In this document: positions 13,148 to 27,144 of the stretch, one piece after another | How the letters are laid out: the number at the start of each line of letters is the position of its first letter | Position numbering within the stretch: the first letter of the stretch is position 1 | Assembly: GCA_951406725.2 (NCBI GenBank) | Contig: OX597839.1 | Location: forward strand, 37,944,001-38,008,000 | DNA: 64,000 bases | Direction: 5' to 3' | Source: Octopus vulgaris | Lineage: Eukaryota | Made by a program: the position numbers and the translations under genes | Notes under the pieces: model-generated | The model's input: only the letters and a program-made list of their open reading frames with translations | Told to the model about the DNA's origin: nothing | Databases searched by the model: none

Positions 13148-13305
13148 GGAAACGAGATCAAAGGACATCAGAATTATCAATGTGTTATATTGGAACTAAA
13201 AGGCAGTCATCAAAATAGGTCAGTTGTCGGAATCGGCAGAGATCAGAAGAGGTGTAAGACAAAGAGATGTGTTATCACCTAACTATTTAATACCTATACT
13301 GATTA
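12715..13305 (+). repeat. Two further copies of a ~150-bp RT segment (IRRGVRQG..LSP)
   Basis: 12715-12870 and 13155-13305 repeat 12255-12385; atcagaagaggtgtaagacaag encodes IRRGVRQ. Confidence 0.85.
12888..13075. mobile_element. MITE-like element with imperfect long terminal inverted repeats
   Basis: attgtagcgtgggaggtgtt..aagccatt versus aatggctt..aacatcttccacggtgcaat. Confidence 0.65.
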
Positions 13306-13321
13306 TATAAATATACATATA

Positions 13322-13699
13322 TCTTTATATATAAAAGTCAAGTTGTGTGTCTGTCTCCTACGATTTAGATTCCTAACTACTCCCACATTTTGAGGTGCAG
13401 TTTATAGTCGTGATTCATATCGAGCCCTTCTGGGTATTAGCGCGCGTCTACGATGAGTCTACGATTTAAAAAAAACTTACCATCATTTTTTTCCATTTTA
13501 ATGCATTTTTTCGCTATTATATAAGGGAAGTAACTCTCTAAAAATGTCTACGATGAGTCAACGATTTAAAAAAAAATTACCATAATTTCTTTTCCATTTT
13601 TAATGCATTTTTTTGCTATTTTTTTTGCTATAACTCTCTAAAAATGCTTATATAGTTATTTCCCTTACAAACCCGAGCAACACCGGACGATACTGCTAG
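13322..13699 (+). mobile_element. Non-autonomous Helitron
   Basis: A|TC 5' end, CTAG|T 3' end, subterminal ccg..cgg hairpin remnant, internal ~100-bp tandem duplication; 3' end shared with the element ending at 42332. Confidence 0.8.
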
Positions 13700-13870
13700 T
13701 ATATATATATATATATAACGAGAGAGAGAAGAGCGAAATAAGATTGAAGTAGTTTCAGTCAATGGCATGAACATAAAACAATATATGTTGATGATACAGC
13801 ATAATTATCAGACAACCATAAGAAATTACAAGAGATTGTCGTTGTTAAAAAAGAGCAACGTGACCAGAAA

Positions 13871-14136
13871 GGGGAGAGTCATTTTCTTTTTGTGCCTTAT
13901 AATGTAATACACTCACCGGTAAAATTTCCACTTATTTCTTATTTTTATTGTCCTAAAAGTTTCGTTGCGTCTTGCAACCTTTTCAATAGTCTTGACTCTT
14001 TCAAGACTGCTTTCAAGACTATTGAAAAGGTTGCAAGACGAAACGAAAATTTTAGGAAAATAAAAATAAGAAATAAGTAGAAATTTTACCAGTGAGTGTG
14101 TTAAATTATAAGGCAAAAAAAGAAATGACTCTTCCC
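13871..14136. repeat. Inverted repeat with ~125 bp arms, each carrying a hammerhead-like motif
   Basis: 13871-13995 versus 14013-14136. Motif CTA-TTGAAAA-G-GTTGC-AAGAC-GCAAC-GAA-ACTT-T-TAG at 13953-13989 (-), with a variant at 14019-14055 (+). Confidence 0.9.
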
Positions 14137-14144
14137 AGACACAA

Positions 14145-14230
<86 letters not shown>

Positions 14231-14281
14231 GTATAGGAAAGAATGGAGCTGAACGAAGATTTAACAAAATTCCTTTATTTT

Positions 14282-14367
14282 ATTTTCGACATATGTTTCG
14301 AAGTCTGCAAAGTCCCTAATTCCGAGTGACTAAGGAGTCCATTATGCAGCTTTCTCTTCAGGAAAAT
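14282..14367 (-). ncRNA. Type I hammerhead ribozyme motif, family B (element ~14228-14570)
   Basis: Minus strand: ATTTTC-CTGAAGA-GAAAGCTGCA...TGCAGACTTC-GAA-ACATATGT-C-GAAAAT. Intact core, G10.1-C11.1 pair, GUC cleavage triplet. Confidence 0.85.
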
Positions 14368-14571
14368 CCATGAACTTAATTATCCAACAAAATGCACAAC
14401 AAGCTTTTCGATGACTGCTCACGAGGAGCCCATAAAAGTAAATTTCCGCACTAAGGCACGGATTTTATGCCCTATGGTCGTAACTTCAACCGTGCCCTTT
14501 CTGTTTTGAGTTTGCTACCCAGGTATCGGTTATCTTTCGAATTATCCGTAATAAGATAATTCATTTGTCTA

Positions 14572-14658
<87 letters not shown>

Positions 14659-14999
14659 CTGCTTCCAAATTACCTCGTTTTTCAATACTGGCCTTGAATA
14701 TTACAGTAAAGGTGTTGTGTTTCCTGGTCTTAACGGAGAATTTATAACGAATCAATTTATTGTAAATTGCTAATACATACCAATAGATATATATGTATGT
14801 ATGTGTATGTATATATGTATATACGAATATGCATATATATATGTATGTATATAAATACACATATATATATGTATGTGTGTATATACATACGCATAGACAC
14901 ACGCATATATATATTTATACGTATACATACGCACACGCTTATTTTTTCCAGTGCTTAAGTAAATATTATTTTTGGTGTAAGGTAAGGCTAATAGCTTTT

Positions 15000-15200
15000 T
15001 TTACCTGTAATTTCAACATTTTTACACCTGTCTATAATGGTAAATATTACCTTACCTGTAATTTCACCATTATTACACCTGTGCTATTAGATTAATGAGG
15101 CCGTACCTGAAAGTTTCAACATTATTACACCTGTGTTAATTATTACACCTGTATTAACAAGGCAACAGTATCTTATCTATAATTTCAATTATTATAATAG
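15000..15200. repeat. Degenerate minisatellite (ttacctgtaatttca..cattattacacctgt)
   Basis: Repeated ttacacctgt / ttacctgtaatttca blocks. Confidence 0.7.
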
Positions 15201-16329
15201 ATGTTTTCCGTGACCACCCCACCAGACATATTGGCAACCCCCTAATCTACATACGTATATGCATTTATGTATGTGTGAGTTTGTGTATATTGTTGTTGAT
15301 GTTGTTGTTTTGTCTGCCAGCAGGCCGGTAATCATAGGTATTGCAGCTAGTTTATGAGACATTTTGGCACAGCCGTTCTGGAGCCCCCTACACCTGGCGC
15401 CGATGATTCGACCTTGTCTCTCCTTTCACCCCCTCTCTCCTTCCACTCCCTCTTTCCGTCCCTCTCTCTATCCCGTCTACCCCCTCTACCTCTCTACCTC
15501 CCTCCCTCCCTCCCTCCCTACCTTCCTCGACCACTCCGTCCCTATACTTCCCTTCCTCTACCCTACCTATCTCCCTCCCTCCCTCCCTCCCTCTTCCTCC
15601 CTACATCCCTCCCTCCCTCTATCTTCCCCCTTCCTCCTCGTCTCCTCCTCTCCCCAACTCTTTTCGACCCCTCTCTGTTTATGTGTACGAGCATATTTAA
15701 TGTTTCTCTCCCACCCCTCTCTCTCCTTCCATTCCCTCCACTTCCTCTTACTCTCCCTCTCTCTACCCTCTATCTCTCCCCACTCTCTTCATACTCTCCC
15801 GACCCTCTCCTCCATCTCTGTTTATGTGTATGAGCATATTTAATGTTTCTCTCCAACCCCTCTCTCTCCCACCAATTCCTCTTACCCCCCTTCTCATCCC
15901 AACCACCTCCCAACCCCTCTCCACCCATCTCTGTATGAACATATTTCCCTTTATGCGTGCGAGGAGAAGAGAATGTGTTGAGTTTATCAATTGTGTTCAA
16001 TTAATAAACTCTAATCTGTCTCCCTCCCTCTCTCTCTCTCTCCGTCTCTCTCTTTCCCTCTCTCTCTCTCTCTCTCCGTCTCTCTCGCCTTCTCTTTATG
16101 TACGAACATTTTTCTCTATATCCTTGTGCATATTTTCCTCTCCCGTACGCATTTTTATCCACCGGTTTCGCTGTTGTTAAGCCTTCCAAGTTTACAGTAT
16201 CTATTGCAATGCTTTTCCAGCTTATTATGTGAGCGAAGAAACAGCCGTGTCGCTTATGTCATGACTAAAACTAACGATGCAATTCTTAGTTTCTGTGTCT
16301 TACGTCACTTATCCTCCTTTCATTACTAC

Positions 16330-17045
<716 letters not shown>

Positions 17046-17428
17046 GTCTTCTGTCTGTCTGCCCTTACACTGCATGACAAATAGTGTTGGTTTGTTTATG
17101 TCCTCGTAACATCGCTACCCAACCCATAACATAAGAACCACATCTTTAAAACATTAAGTTCTAGGGTCGATTTGTTTAACCAATCACTCCAAGTAGTGCC
17201 CCAAAATGGCCGTAGTCTAATGACAGAAACAATTTAGACATTTAATATAAAATCTAGTGAAGACAGGAAAGATTTTAGATTTTAGGGGTTTGCTGGTGGA
17301 CGGTTCCATAAATTTGGGCTTCACGTGAGGACACAGCAGACGTTTTGTGCTATAAAACCACTCGGCGGAATGTAGTGTTAAATTATGTGATTGGACATTC
17401 TCTGAACAGTAAACTTCGCTGTATATAT

Positions 17429-17620
17429 ACAGGGCGTCCATAGATTACCGTTAAAATTTGAAAAATTCAGGAAAAAATGGGGATTACTCAGCAGCTTGTG
17501 TTCAACCAATGGGGCCCACGTAGAAGAGTTCTGGTGTTTCTAATAAGTCTTTATCTGTTTACCGATCCTTTCCAATAAACCCTGCTGAGTTATCCTTATT
17601 TTATCTGAATTTTCAAAGTG
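17429..17620. mobile_element. Possible Tc1/mariner-derived MITE remnant
   Basis: TA|CAGGGCGTCC start; internal inverted repeat gaaaaattcag..actcagcag / ctgctgagt..ctgaattttc. Confidence 0.45.
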
Positions 17621-18080
17621 TAAATTTACAGAACGATAGAATATGTAGCACAGCTTTATGCCTCTCAAATCTTCAACGTTTGAAAATCAAACAAATAGGG
17701 AAACCGGTTCGGTGCATTAATTTGAATATAAATCTTCTTCACACTCTTAGTGCATTTTCAGCTTTCTTTATTTCCTTTATGTTACCACTTGTAGGAATTA
17801 GTAATCTTTCCTTCTCTCCATCTCTCTCGCTTTCTCCCTCGCTCTGTGAATATATACACATTGCATTCCGCCATCATTTAAACGCTACACGCCGTCATTA
17901 TATGAGCGTTTTATTACACCATGACATGAATAGTATTCTCCGTGATTACCTCAGCATTGCACTCTGTCAGTTCAACATTATCCAAAACACTATCAGTGTT
18001 TGCTAATGTTGAATTAATAGTGAAGAGCAGCGTTGAAATATATACATGCATACATACACACACACATACACACACACACA

Positions 18081-18113
<33 letters not shown>

Positions 18114-18279
18114 GTATGTATCTACGTGTATGCATACACACACATTACTATATAATATATACATATATATATACACATATATACACGTATATATATATAT
18201 ATATATATATATATACTATATACATTACTATATATGTGTATATATATATGTATATATATATATACTGCTATCTGTGTAT

Positions 18280-18324
<45 letters not shown>

Positions 18325-18389
18325 TACATACTCACAATTGCATATAAGTACATATTAATAAATCTAAATCACTCTCTCTCTCTGTATAT

Positions 18390-18420
<31 letters not shown>

Positions 18421-19004
18421 ATGTATATATATGCACACATGTCCATCTATATACATGTGTGTATATATGCAAATATGTATGTACTTATATGCATACATAT
18501 ATGTTTGTGTATGCATATATATATATATGTATACACACACATATATATAGAATATATATATGTATATATATATGAGGGGATGTATATGTATGTGTGTGCA
18601 TGTGTGTGTGTGTGTGTGAGTAAATATATTTATTGGTTCTGTTTTTGTTTTCCGTACTAATGGTTTTGTCGTTTTTGTTGTTGGTTCTGGCAGTGGTGGT
18701 GATGTTGGTGGTGGTGGTGGTAGTGGTGGTCGAGGTGGCAGCGGCGGCGGTGTTGTCGTCTGCATTTAATGTAGAGCTGATGTCGTGCCATAACCGCTGA
18801 TTATCCGCCGAATCGCGTCAGATTGGTTGCCACGACCAGTTCGTTAGTGTGAAATCTTTTAGCTTTACAGGAGATGGAGCCATATCTCTCTAACAACAAC
18901 AACAACATCAAGCGTAGCAGCAGCAACAACAGCAGCAACAACAGCCGCAAAAAGAGCAGCAGTAACAACAACAACAACACCAGCAGCAAGAACAATAATA
19001 AGAA

Positions 19005-19040
<36 letters not shown>

Positions 19041-19706
19041 CGGTAGCAGTAGAAGAAGAAGAGGAAGGAGAAGGAGAAGGAGAAGAGGAAGGAGGAGAAG
19101 GAGAAGAGGAAGGAGAAGGAGAAGAAGAGGAAGGAGAAGGAGAAGGAGAAGGAGAAGAGGAAGGAGGAGAAGGAGAAGAGGAGGAGAAGGAGAAGAAGAG
19201 GAAGGAGAAGAGGAAGGAGAAGAAAGAGAAGAAGAGGAAGGAGACGGAGAAGAAGAAGAAGAAGAAGAAGAAGTAGGAGAAGAGGAAGAAGAAGAAGAAG
19301 AAAGAGAAAAAGGAGAAGACGGAGAAGGAGAAGAAGAAGGAGGAGAAGAACAACTACAACAGTAACAGCAGCAACAATAATAATTATAAATAATGAGTAT
19401 AATAATAATAACAAGAACAAGTGCAGCTGCATAGCAATAATAGCAACAACAATAACGGAAGTAACAACAGCAACAACAACAACAGTAATAATTGTAATAG
19501 CTTCTTTCTGTTCAAGTATGGCGGTAGGGGGCTCGTTTCTTTCATCGACCCCCCAGTAATCGACTGGTGTTTCTGGTTTCGACAGGCAAAGTCTACCTAA
19601 GTAGAAATTGAACTCAGGGCGTAAAGACGGAAGAAAGGCATTGGTATCCGACGTTCTAACGGCTCTGCCAGCTCGCTAACTTCGTAATAATAATAATAAT
19701 AATATT

Positions 19707-19752
<46 letters not shown>

Positions 19753-19804
19753 TAATGATAATAATAATAATGATAATAATAATAATGATAATAATAATGA
19801 TAAC

Positions 19805-19843
<39 letters not shown>

Positions 19844-20393
19844 TGATGCAGTACCAGGCAGTGGCTCTCATGGCTTCTGATCTTAACTGATTGGAAGTGT
19901 TATCATGTACATTGTTTTGTCTTGGTATAAAAGATGGGCTACAGCAAATATTCTGCTCAATACCACAGATTTGCTTGTCAGTTGTTTGACCTTAACCAGT
20001 TGAGCATGTCCCTTAGTGGCTGACGATATGTGCATCTCTGATCACGAGCAGAAGTAGTGGGGGAGCATCATAGCCATGTGTTGAGAAGGATTGTTTGGGG
20101 TTTGAATAATTCACCTCTGGAAACATGGGTGTTTCGTTCAACGTCCTTAAACAACCCTTATTCAGGGACCTTTTGAGCGGGATGGGTTACTCGATCTGAA
20201 GAAAATTCTAACTGGGCTCCACCTGCAAGGTCATGTGCTGTTTATCTTGATATGAGATCACCATGTCGCACACATATGGTTGTGATGCATGTGCCTGGTG
20301 TACCCTTATCAGACGGGTAGTCATGATGGGTATACTGGGCTTCGTATATTTTACCCCAGTGTCACTTTGATGGCATGCTCTGCTCGCTCACTC
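19844..20393. mobile_element. 550-bp interspersed element embedded in (AAT)n; diverged partial copy at 20825-21084
   Basis: Pure (AAT)n on both sides; second copy shares ttattcag.gaccttttgagcgg.atgggttactcga and tgtttatcttgatatgagatc. Confidence 0.7.
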
Positions 20394-20449
<56 letters not shown>

Positions 20450-20460
20450 TAATAATAATG

Positions 20461-20518
<58 letters not shown>

Positions 20519-20553
20519 TAATAATAATGATAATAATAATAATAATAATAATG

Positions 20554-20620
<67 letters not shown>

Positions 20621-20773
20621 TAATAATAATGATAATAATAAGGATCATACGTTTAATGGCCTACCAATGTATACTATGAGTTTCTTTGCCCTAGGAGTCG
20701 GGAAGACACTCGGCAAGAAATGGAGGCAAATTTGAAAGAAGAAAAAAAAATAATAATAATAATAATAATAATA

Positions 20774-20826
<53 letters not shown>

Positions 20827-21253
20827 ACCATAGCTATGCGTTAAGAGGAATTTTGGTGGGGCTTGGATGATTCGCTTTTGGAAACTTTGATGCTTTGTTC
20901 AACATCTTTAAACAAACTTTATTCAGAGACCTTTTGAGCGGAATGGGTTACTCGACCTGAAAAAAATTTCTCACTGGGTCCCACCTGCAAAGTCATGCGC
21001 TGTTTATCTTGATATGAGATCGCCATGTCGCGCACGTATGGTTGTGATGCATGTGCACCAGGCACGTGCGCTGTTCTCTCTCTCAATTATAATAATAATG
21101 ATGATGATGATATTTCATTTATTTACTAATGAGGGGTACAATACAAAGATAGAACTCAGAACGTAACGGCAGACGAAATACGGCTACGCATTTCGCTCGG
21201 CGTGCTAACGTTTCTGCCAGCTCGCCGCCTTATAATAATAATAATGATGATGA

Positions 21254-21327
<74 letters not shown>

Positions 21328-21727
21328 TGATGATGTTTCTAATATCGGCGAAAGACCAGCAGTTTTGAACAGACGGTGTTAATTGATACCCCTACACCCA
21401 TGTCATGACTAATATTTCATCGACCCCAGGAGGATGAAAGACAAACAGTATGAAAGACAAACAGTATGAACGAATTCGAACTTACAACTGTAATAATTGA
21501 ATGTATATAGTTTCTGCGCATTTCTAGATTTGTTGCTGTTGTTGTTGTTTTTTGCCCCACTTCTCGCCAGGTGTCGTTCGGTGTCTGTATTTAGAAGAAT
21601 CTATGCGAGGCAATGCTGTGCCAACTGGAAATAACCAGAATAAACTGACTACGAATTCATCAGCTGATGAGATGTGTTTGATTTATTTGGCTCTTAATAA
21701 GAGGACATGGGTTTGATTCCCTCTTCC

Positions 21728-21769
<42 letters not shown>

Positions 21770-22620
21770 ACAGGGATGGATAATAATAGCAGTGTAAATG
21801 TTCGGTGAAGATCATAACAAATGTACATTATTGAAAGTTCAATCATATTGGGTTTTTAAAATGGAGAAGAGAGAGAGAAAAAGGTGGAGAGAAAAAAAGT
21901 TTTTTTCACCAATTTCTGTCGTGGTGCGATTAGTTCTTCCATGAACAACGACTAGAAACAACAGATATAATTCGAAAACTTTTAACAGGCTCCCCTTGAG
22001 ATTCGAAACCCCAAATCCAAATTACTATACAATAACACCATAGTCTTTCTCAAACACCAGTTGCTGATGTTACCCCAGACAAAAACCTATGAAATTTTCC
22101 CTCTGGACAGGACTGAACCCTCAGAAAAAAAAAACGAACAGTGACTTCTTAAGGAAACTAATCGACCGAAACGATAGATGACCGTCAGGAAAAAACCGAT
22201 TACCGAGTCCCTACAAAGAAGTCAACCAAGCAAAACACTGAACTTCACCAAAACAAAAATATCTTGTCGAAAACGGAAAAATATTTTTGATCAAAATAAA
22301 AGTGACCTCAGGAAACTTAACCAACCAGAATCTGTTCTTTGATCTTGGTCGTCACCACGAAGCCAACCAACCGAGACACTAAACTTTGCTAAAATAAAAC
22401 ATATTTTTTTCACCAAAACACCCACGAAAAAAGAATAAGACGTCATCAAAATTATAACCAATCAAAAATTTAGATCCTTTTTCGTAAAAACATATATCTT
22501 AGCGGTTCGGCAAATGAGACCGATAGAATAAGTACTAGGCTTACTAAGAATAAGTCCTGGGGTCGATTTGCTCGACTAAAGGGTGTGCTCCAGCATGGCC
22601 ACAGTCAAATGACTGAAAGA

Positions 22621-22689
<69 letters not shown>

Positions 22690-22713
22690 TGTATGTATGT
22701 ATGTATGTATGTG

Positions 22714-22757
22714 TCCTGAAGATTTCATCTGAATGAAACAGTTCTAGTCCTGTAGAA
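22714..22757 (+). ncRNA. Hammerhead-like motif (family D), 5'-truncated
   Basis: TC-CTGAAGA-TTTCATCTGAAT-GAA-ACAG(TTCTAGTC)CTGT-A-GA; AATAAA follows; microsatellites on both sides. Confidence 0.55.
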
Positions 22758-22842
22758 GGTCCTTCTATAAAATAAATTACTTTACTCTGCTATGTATTGA
22801 GTACCTTATTTACTGTGGTTAACCCCGACTCAACCCGGGACC

Positions 22843-22909
<67 letters not shown>

Positions 22910-23269
22910 GTATATAATTGTATCTATATATGTGTATTTACATGTATATGTACCTCATAACATATATAAATAAAATCCCAGCGCAGATTGAACCCTGTAT
23001 CTGTCAAGCAATTTGTAGCCTGAGCAATATGAAACTTAACCCATTGCAGGCTTTGAAATAGAATTTGTCAACGTCTAAAATTTCAATTAACGACCTTAAT
23101 TAATTGCTCCCGAATCCCTCCTCATCATTTCAAACTTGTATGTCAGTGTAACCTCTGTTGATTCTCAGCAAACGCTTTTGTTTTTTTTTTTTTTTTCGTT
23201 TTGTTTCAATTTACTCAAATCTACTTCCGTTTACTTCTTCATCTTAACACAATACGAATCTTTAAATTT

Positions 23270-23455
23270 ACTTCCGGTTGTTTTTATTGCATGCTTGGAT
23301 TTTCATTATACTTCCGGTCACGACATTTTCAACAATTTCTATTCTAATTTGCATTTGGTTTGTTTTGCTTCCTTTTATTTTTTTCTTCGTTCTAACTTCC
23401 GGTCATCTTCTTCTCCTCGTTTTCCACTCCCGTTCTCTCTGAATTCACTTCCGGT
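23270..23455 (-). promoter_or_regulatory. Homotypic cluster of four ACCGGAAGT (ETS-type) motifs
   Basis: ACTTCCGGT at 23270, 23310, 23395 and 23447 in otherwise non-repetitive T-rich DNA. Confidence 0.4.
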
Positions 23456-23953
23456 CATTTATTTCCTCCCACACGTGCAGTTTTAATTAAATTTCCGGAT
23501 CTCTCTACAGTTTCACTACATTTCTTCCTGGTCCGCATCTCCTGTCGTTCTTCTCTTCCTATTGCCCCTCTCCCTTCAGACCCTGGGGTCTATCATCTCA
23601 TCTGGATTATCCTTTGGTTAATTACGAAGATTTAATTTCATTACGAATCTAAATTAAGAATTTAAGAATATAATTAACGATTTAATTAGAATATTCGGTT
23701 AAAACCCGAAAGGAAAAGCATGTTAGATTTACCCTGATCACCTATTCTATAGCTGTACTATGATATTCTAGAGAATGTAGTGAGGTGAATCTCTTAGTGA
23801 CTTCATTTGCTAGAAAAAAGAAACCCACAGCCATATTTCTATTATCTTTCAACCTACAGACTTCCAGAAAAAGAGTAGAGAGTATATTTGATTGTCATTA
23901 ATTCTAATACTTATTTTTCATTCACAATTTTAACAAATCAGTCGATAATATAT

Positions 23954-24316
23954 TCTTTTACTTGTTTCAGTAATTTTTGACTGTGGCCATGCTGGAGCGC
24001 CGCCTTTAGTCGAGCAAATCGACCCCAGGACTTATTCTGTGTAAGCCTAGTACTTATTCTATCGGTCTCTTTTGCCGAACAGCTAAGTTACGGGGACGTA
24101 AACACACCAGCATCGGTTGTCAAGCAATGCTAGGGGAACAAACGCAGACACACAAACATACACACACACACACACACATATATATATACATATATACGAC
24201 GAGCTTCTTTCAGTTTCCGCCTACCAAATCCACTCACAAGGCTCGAGGCTATAGTAGAGGACACTTGCCCATGTGGTTGGTAAGCAAGCTACTTACAACA
24301 CAGCTACTCCTGCGCC
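23954..24316 (-). mobile_element. SINE family 2 with internal deletions
   Basis: Reverse complement of the 37233 copy. Confidence 0.88.
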
Positions 24317-24402
24317 CAAGGAAAAAAAAGAAAAATATGTGTGTGTGTGTGTATGTGTGTGTGTGTGGGGGAGTGTTGACGGTAGAAACCACTGGGTCTT
24401 GA

Positions 24403-24634
24403 TTCGAAGAACTCATCGACCAACGTTTTCAGTTCCACGTCGTTTTTGAATGAAAATGCTTCGCAGACTCATAGAGATTGACCGGAAATCTTGATTACCT
24501 GAAGGTGTTATCTTAGAAGAATACTGTGAGTGTGGCAGGACTTCCCATACGAGGTCTTGAATAGCATTATTAGCTAAATTAGCAACATGGGGGCGAGCGT
24601 TGTCGTGTTGAAGAAGATGACACTCCTTCGTCAA
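24403..24634 (-). pseudogene. mariner (DD34D) transposase remnant
   Basis: LLQHDNARPHVA...WEVLPHSQYSSKITPS matches the HDNARPH and WEVLPHPPYSPDLAPSD motifs. Confidence 0.9.
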
Positions 24635-25137
24635 ATATCTGAAGAGGCAAAATTTAATTTTAAAAAAGTTATAAATAATAAATAGTTGTAGAGAAAGAAT
24701 AGAGTTACAAAAAATACTCGCATAAATCTATGATAAAAATTTTGCGGTGTCTTGGGAGGTTCATTACGCCAATAACAATAACACACGCGCAGGTTAAATT
24801 CCACTTCTTTCTTGTTAGTCACTTGGTTAATTATTTAAGCAACAAACGAATCGATTGTTTGTTTCACGAGCTGGTTAAACAATCAATTGGTTCGATATAC
24901 GATAAAAAAATGTTTTTCGCGTAAATTCAAGTAGGACTGGAAAGAAACGAACAAATTCATTTGACGATCGAATAATTCACGAAGAGCAGCAACATTTCAA
25001 AGAGTAACGTATTTATTCATTCTTAATGCATTCTGGCAGATTCGAACGTGTTCTCTGGCGATGAAAACGCCAGCGATCAACATATTCACGTTGGACTCCA
25101 CCAAAACGAATTAAGGAGGAGTATATAGGTTATTGTA

Positions 25138-25521
25138 GGAGGCGCAATGGCCCAGTGGTTAGGGCGGCGGACTCGCGGTCGTAGGATCCAGGTTTCGATT
25201 CCCAGACCGGGCGTTGTGAGTGTTTATTGAGAGAAAACACCTAAAAGCTCCACGAGGCTCCGGCAGGGGATGGTGGTGATCCCTGCTGTACTCTTTCACC
25301 ACAACTTTCTCTCACTCTTACTTCCTGTTTCTGTTGTACCTGTATTTTCAAAGGGCCGGCCTTGTCACTCTTTGTGTCACGCTGAATATCCCCGAGAACT
25401 ACGTTAAGGGTACACGTGTCTGTGGAGTGCTCAGCCACTTACACGTTAATTTCACGAGCAGGCTGTTCCGTTGATCGAATCAACCGGAGCCCTCGTCGTC
25501 GTAACCGACGGAGTGCTTTCC
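25138..25521 (+). mobile_element. SINE family 3, full length with 13-bp TSD
   Basis: TSD ATAGGTTATTGTA at 25125-25137 and 25522-25534; ggcgcaatggcccagtggttagg A-box, ggtttcgattccc B-box. Confidence 0.93.
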
Positions 25522-25961
25522 ATAGGTTATTGTAAACAAAAAAAAAAACAATAATTCTGCGTAGAAAAAAAACAAAAAAACAGTAACCGACTGAATCTAC
25601 TTATAATATCCTTTATTGCTGAGCTTCAGCAGTGAGGTGGGTGTGAATTCACTGATGTCCTTAGCTCATGACCCTTGTGTGAACCAGAAGATAAGTAGAA
25701 AGAGAAATATCAACCAATAAAAGTATGAAAAAGAAAAAAGAACAGGAGATACGTAAACCACATTCATTGGCTTACTGGTGTTTCGGTTTTATGAAACTGG
25801 GCACCCACCCAAAGTTTAATGCTAGTGCGACATGTAATAGCTTCGTCAGAATCTTAACACGAAGTGGTATATAAATGTATGTATGTATGTATGTATGTAT
25901 GTATGTATATATATAGTATATATATATATGTACGTATGTTTGTATATATATATATATATAT

Positions 25962-26075
<114 letters not shown>

Positions 26076-26132
26076 TTGTGTGTGTATGTATGTATATATA
26101 TATGTGTGTGTGTGTGTGTATGTGTGTATATA

Positions 26133-26191
<59 letters not shown>

Positions 26192-26344
26192 AGATATATA
26201 TGTATAGATATATATATGTATGTATATATATGTATATATATGTATATGTATATATATATATGTATATATATGTATATATATATATGTATGTATATATGTA
26301 TTCATGTATATATATATATATGTATGTATATATATATATGTATG

Positions 26345-26409
<65 letters not shown>

Positions 26410-26970
26410 ATATATATATAGCTAATATGATATTACAAGATTCAGTTAAATAAGGTACTTAGCGTTGAGGTACCTGAGTAGGTCGGCATAATATGTACGC
26501 TCCACCATTACAGATGAATACCAACGTTGGTGCAGAAGTACTGACTGAATGATATTCGGGTAAAGTATGCAGTTAATTGGGCCCAACTGAGTATATAGGC
26601 TGCTCTTGAGCTATTTAAACATGTGCATTTTATTAAATATAGTCCGTAATATACTTGGGAATACGCGAGGGGTATGTTCCAAGATCGGTGAATCAAAAAT
26701 AAAAGCAACAATTGATGGACAGGTGTCAATTCATTACCGTCGTTTCTAACGAATTTTTTTCTTTAAATGATCAATTAAAAAGTTCATTAGGAACGGCTGC
26801 AATGAGTTGGCACTTGTCCATCAATGGTTGCCTATATATATATATATATACATGCATACAAACACACACACATGCATACATACACACATAAACAGTTAGA
26901 TTCACTTCAACATTTAAATTTAATTTGGCAAAATATTTTCGTCGCTTTGAGATCGCGACCTGTTCACTGG

Positions 26971-27075
<105 letters not shown>

Positions 27076-27144
27076 ATGACAAGAAATAAGTTTCGATTCT
27101 TTTTATGGAAATAAAAAATGATATATAGGACTGCAAAAAAGAAA

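Noticed and set aside
18874-19365. 163-aa ATG ORF with Arg/Glu runs
   Set aside because: It consists entirely of trinucleotide repeat tracts and is open in several frames on both strands.
21657-21670. TCATCAGCTGATGA palindrome containing CTGATGA
   Set aside because: No downstream stem II or GAAA.
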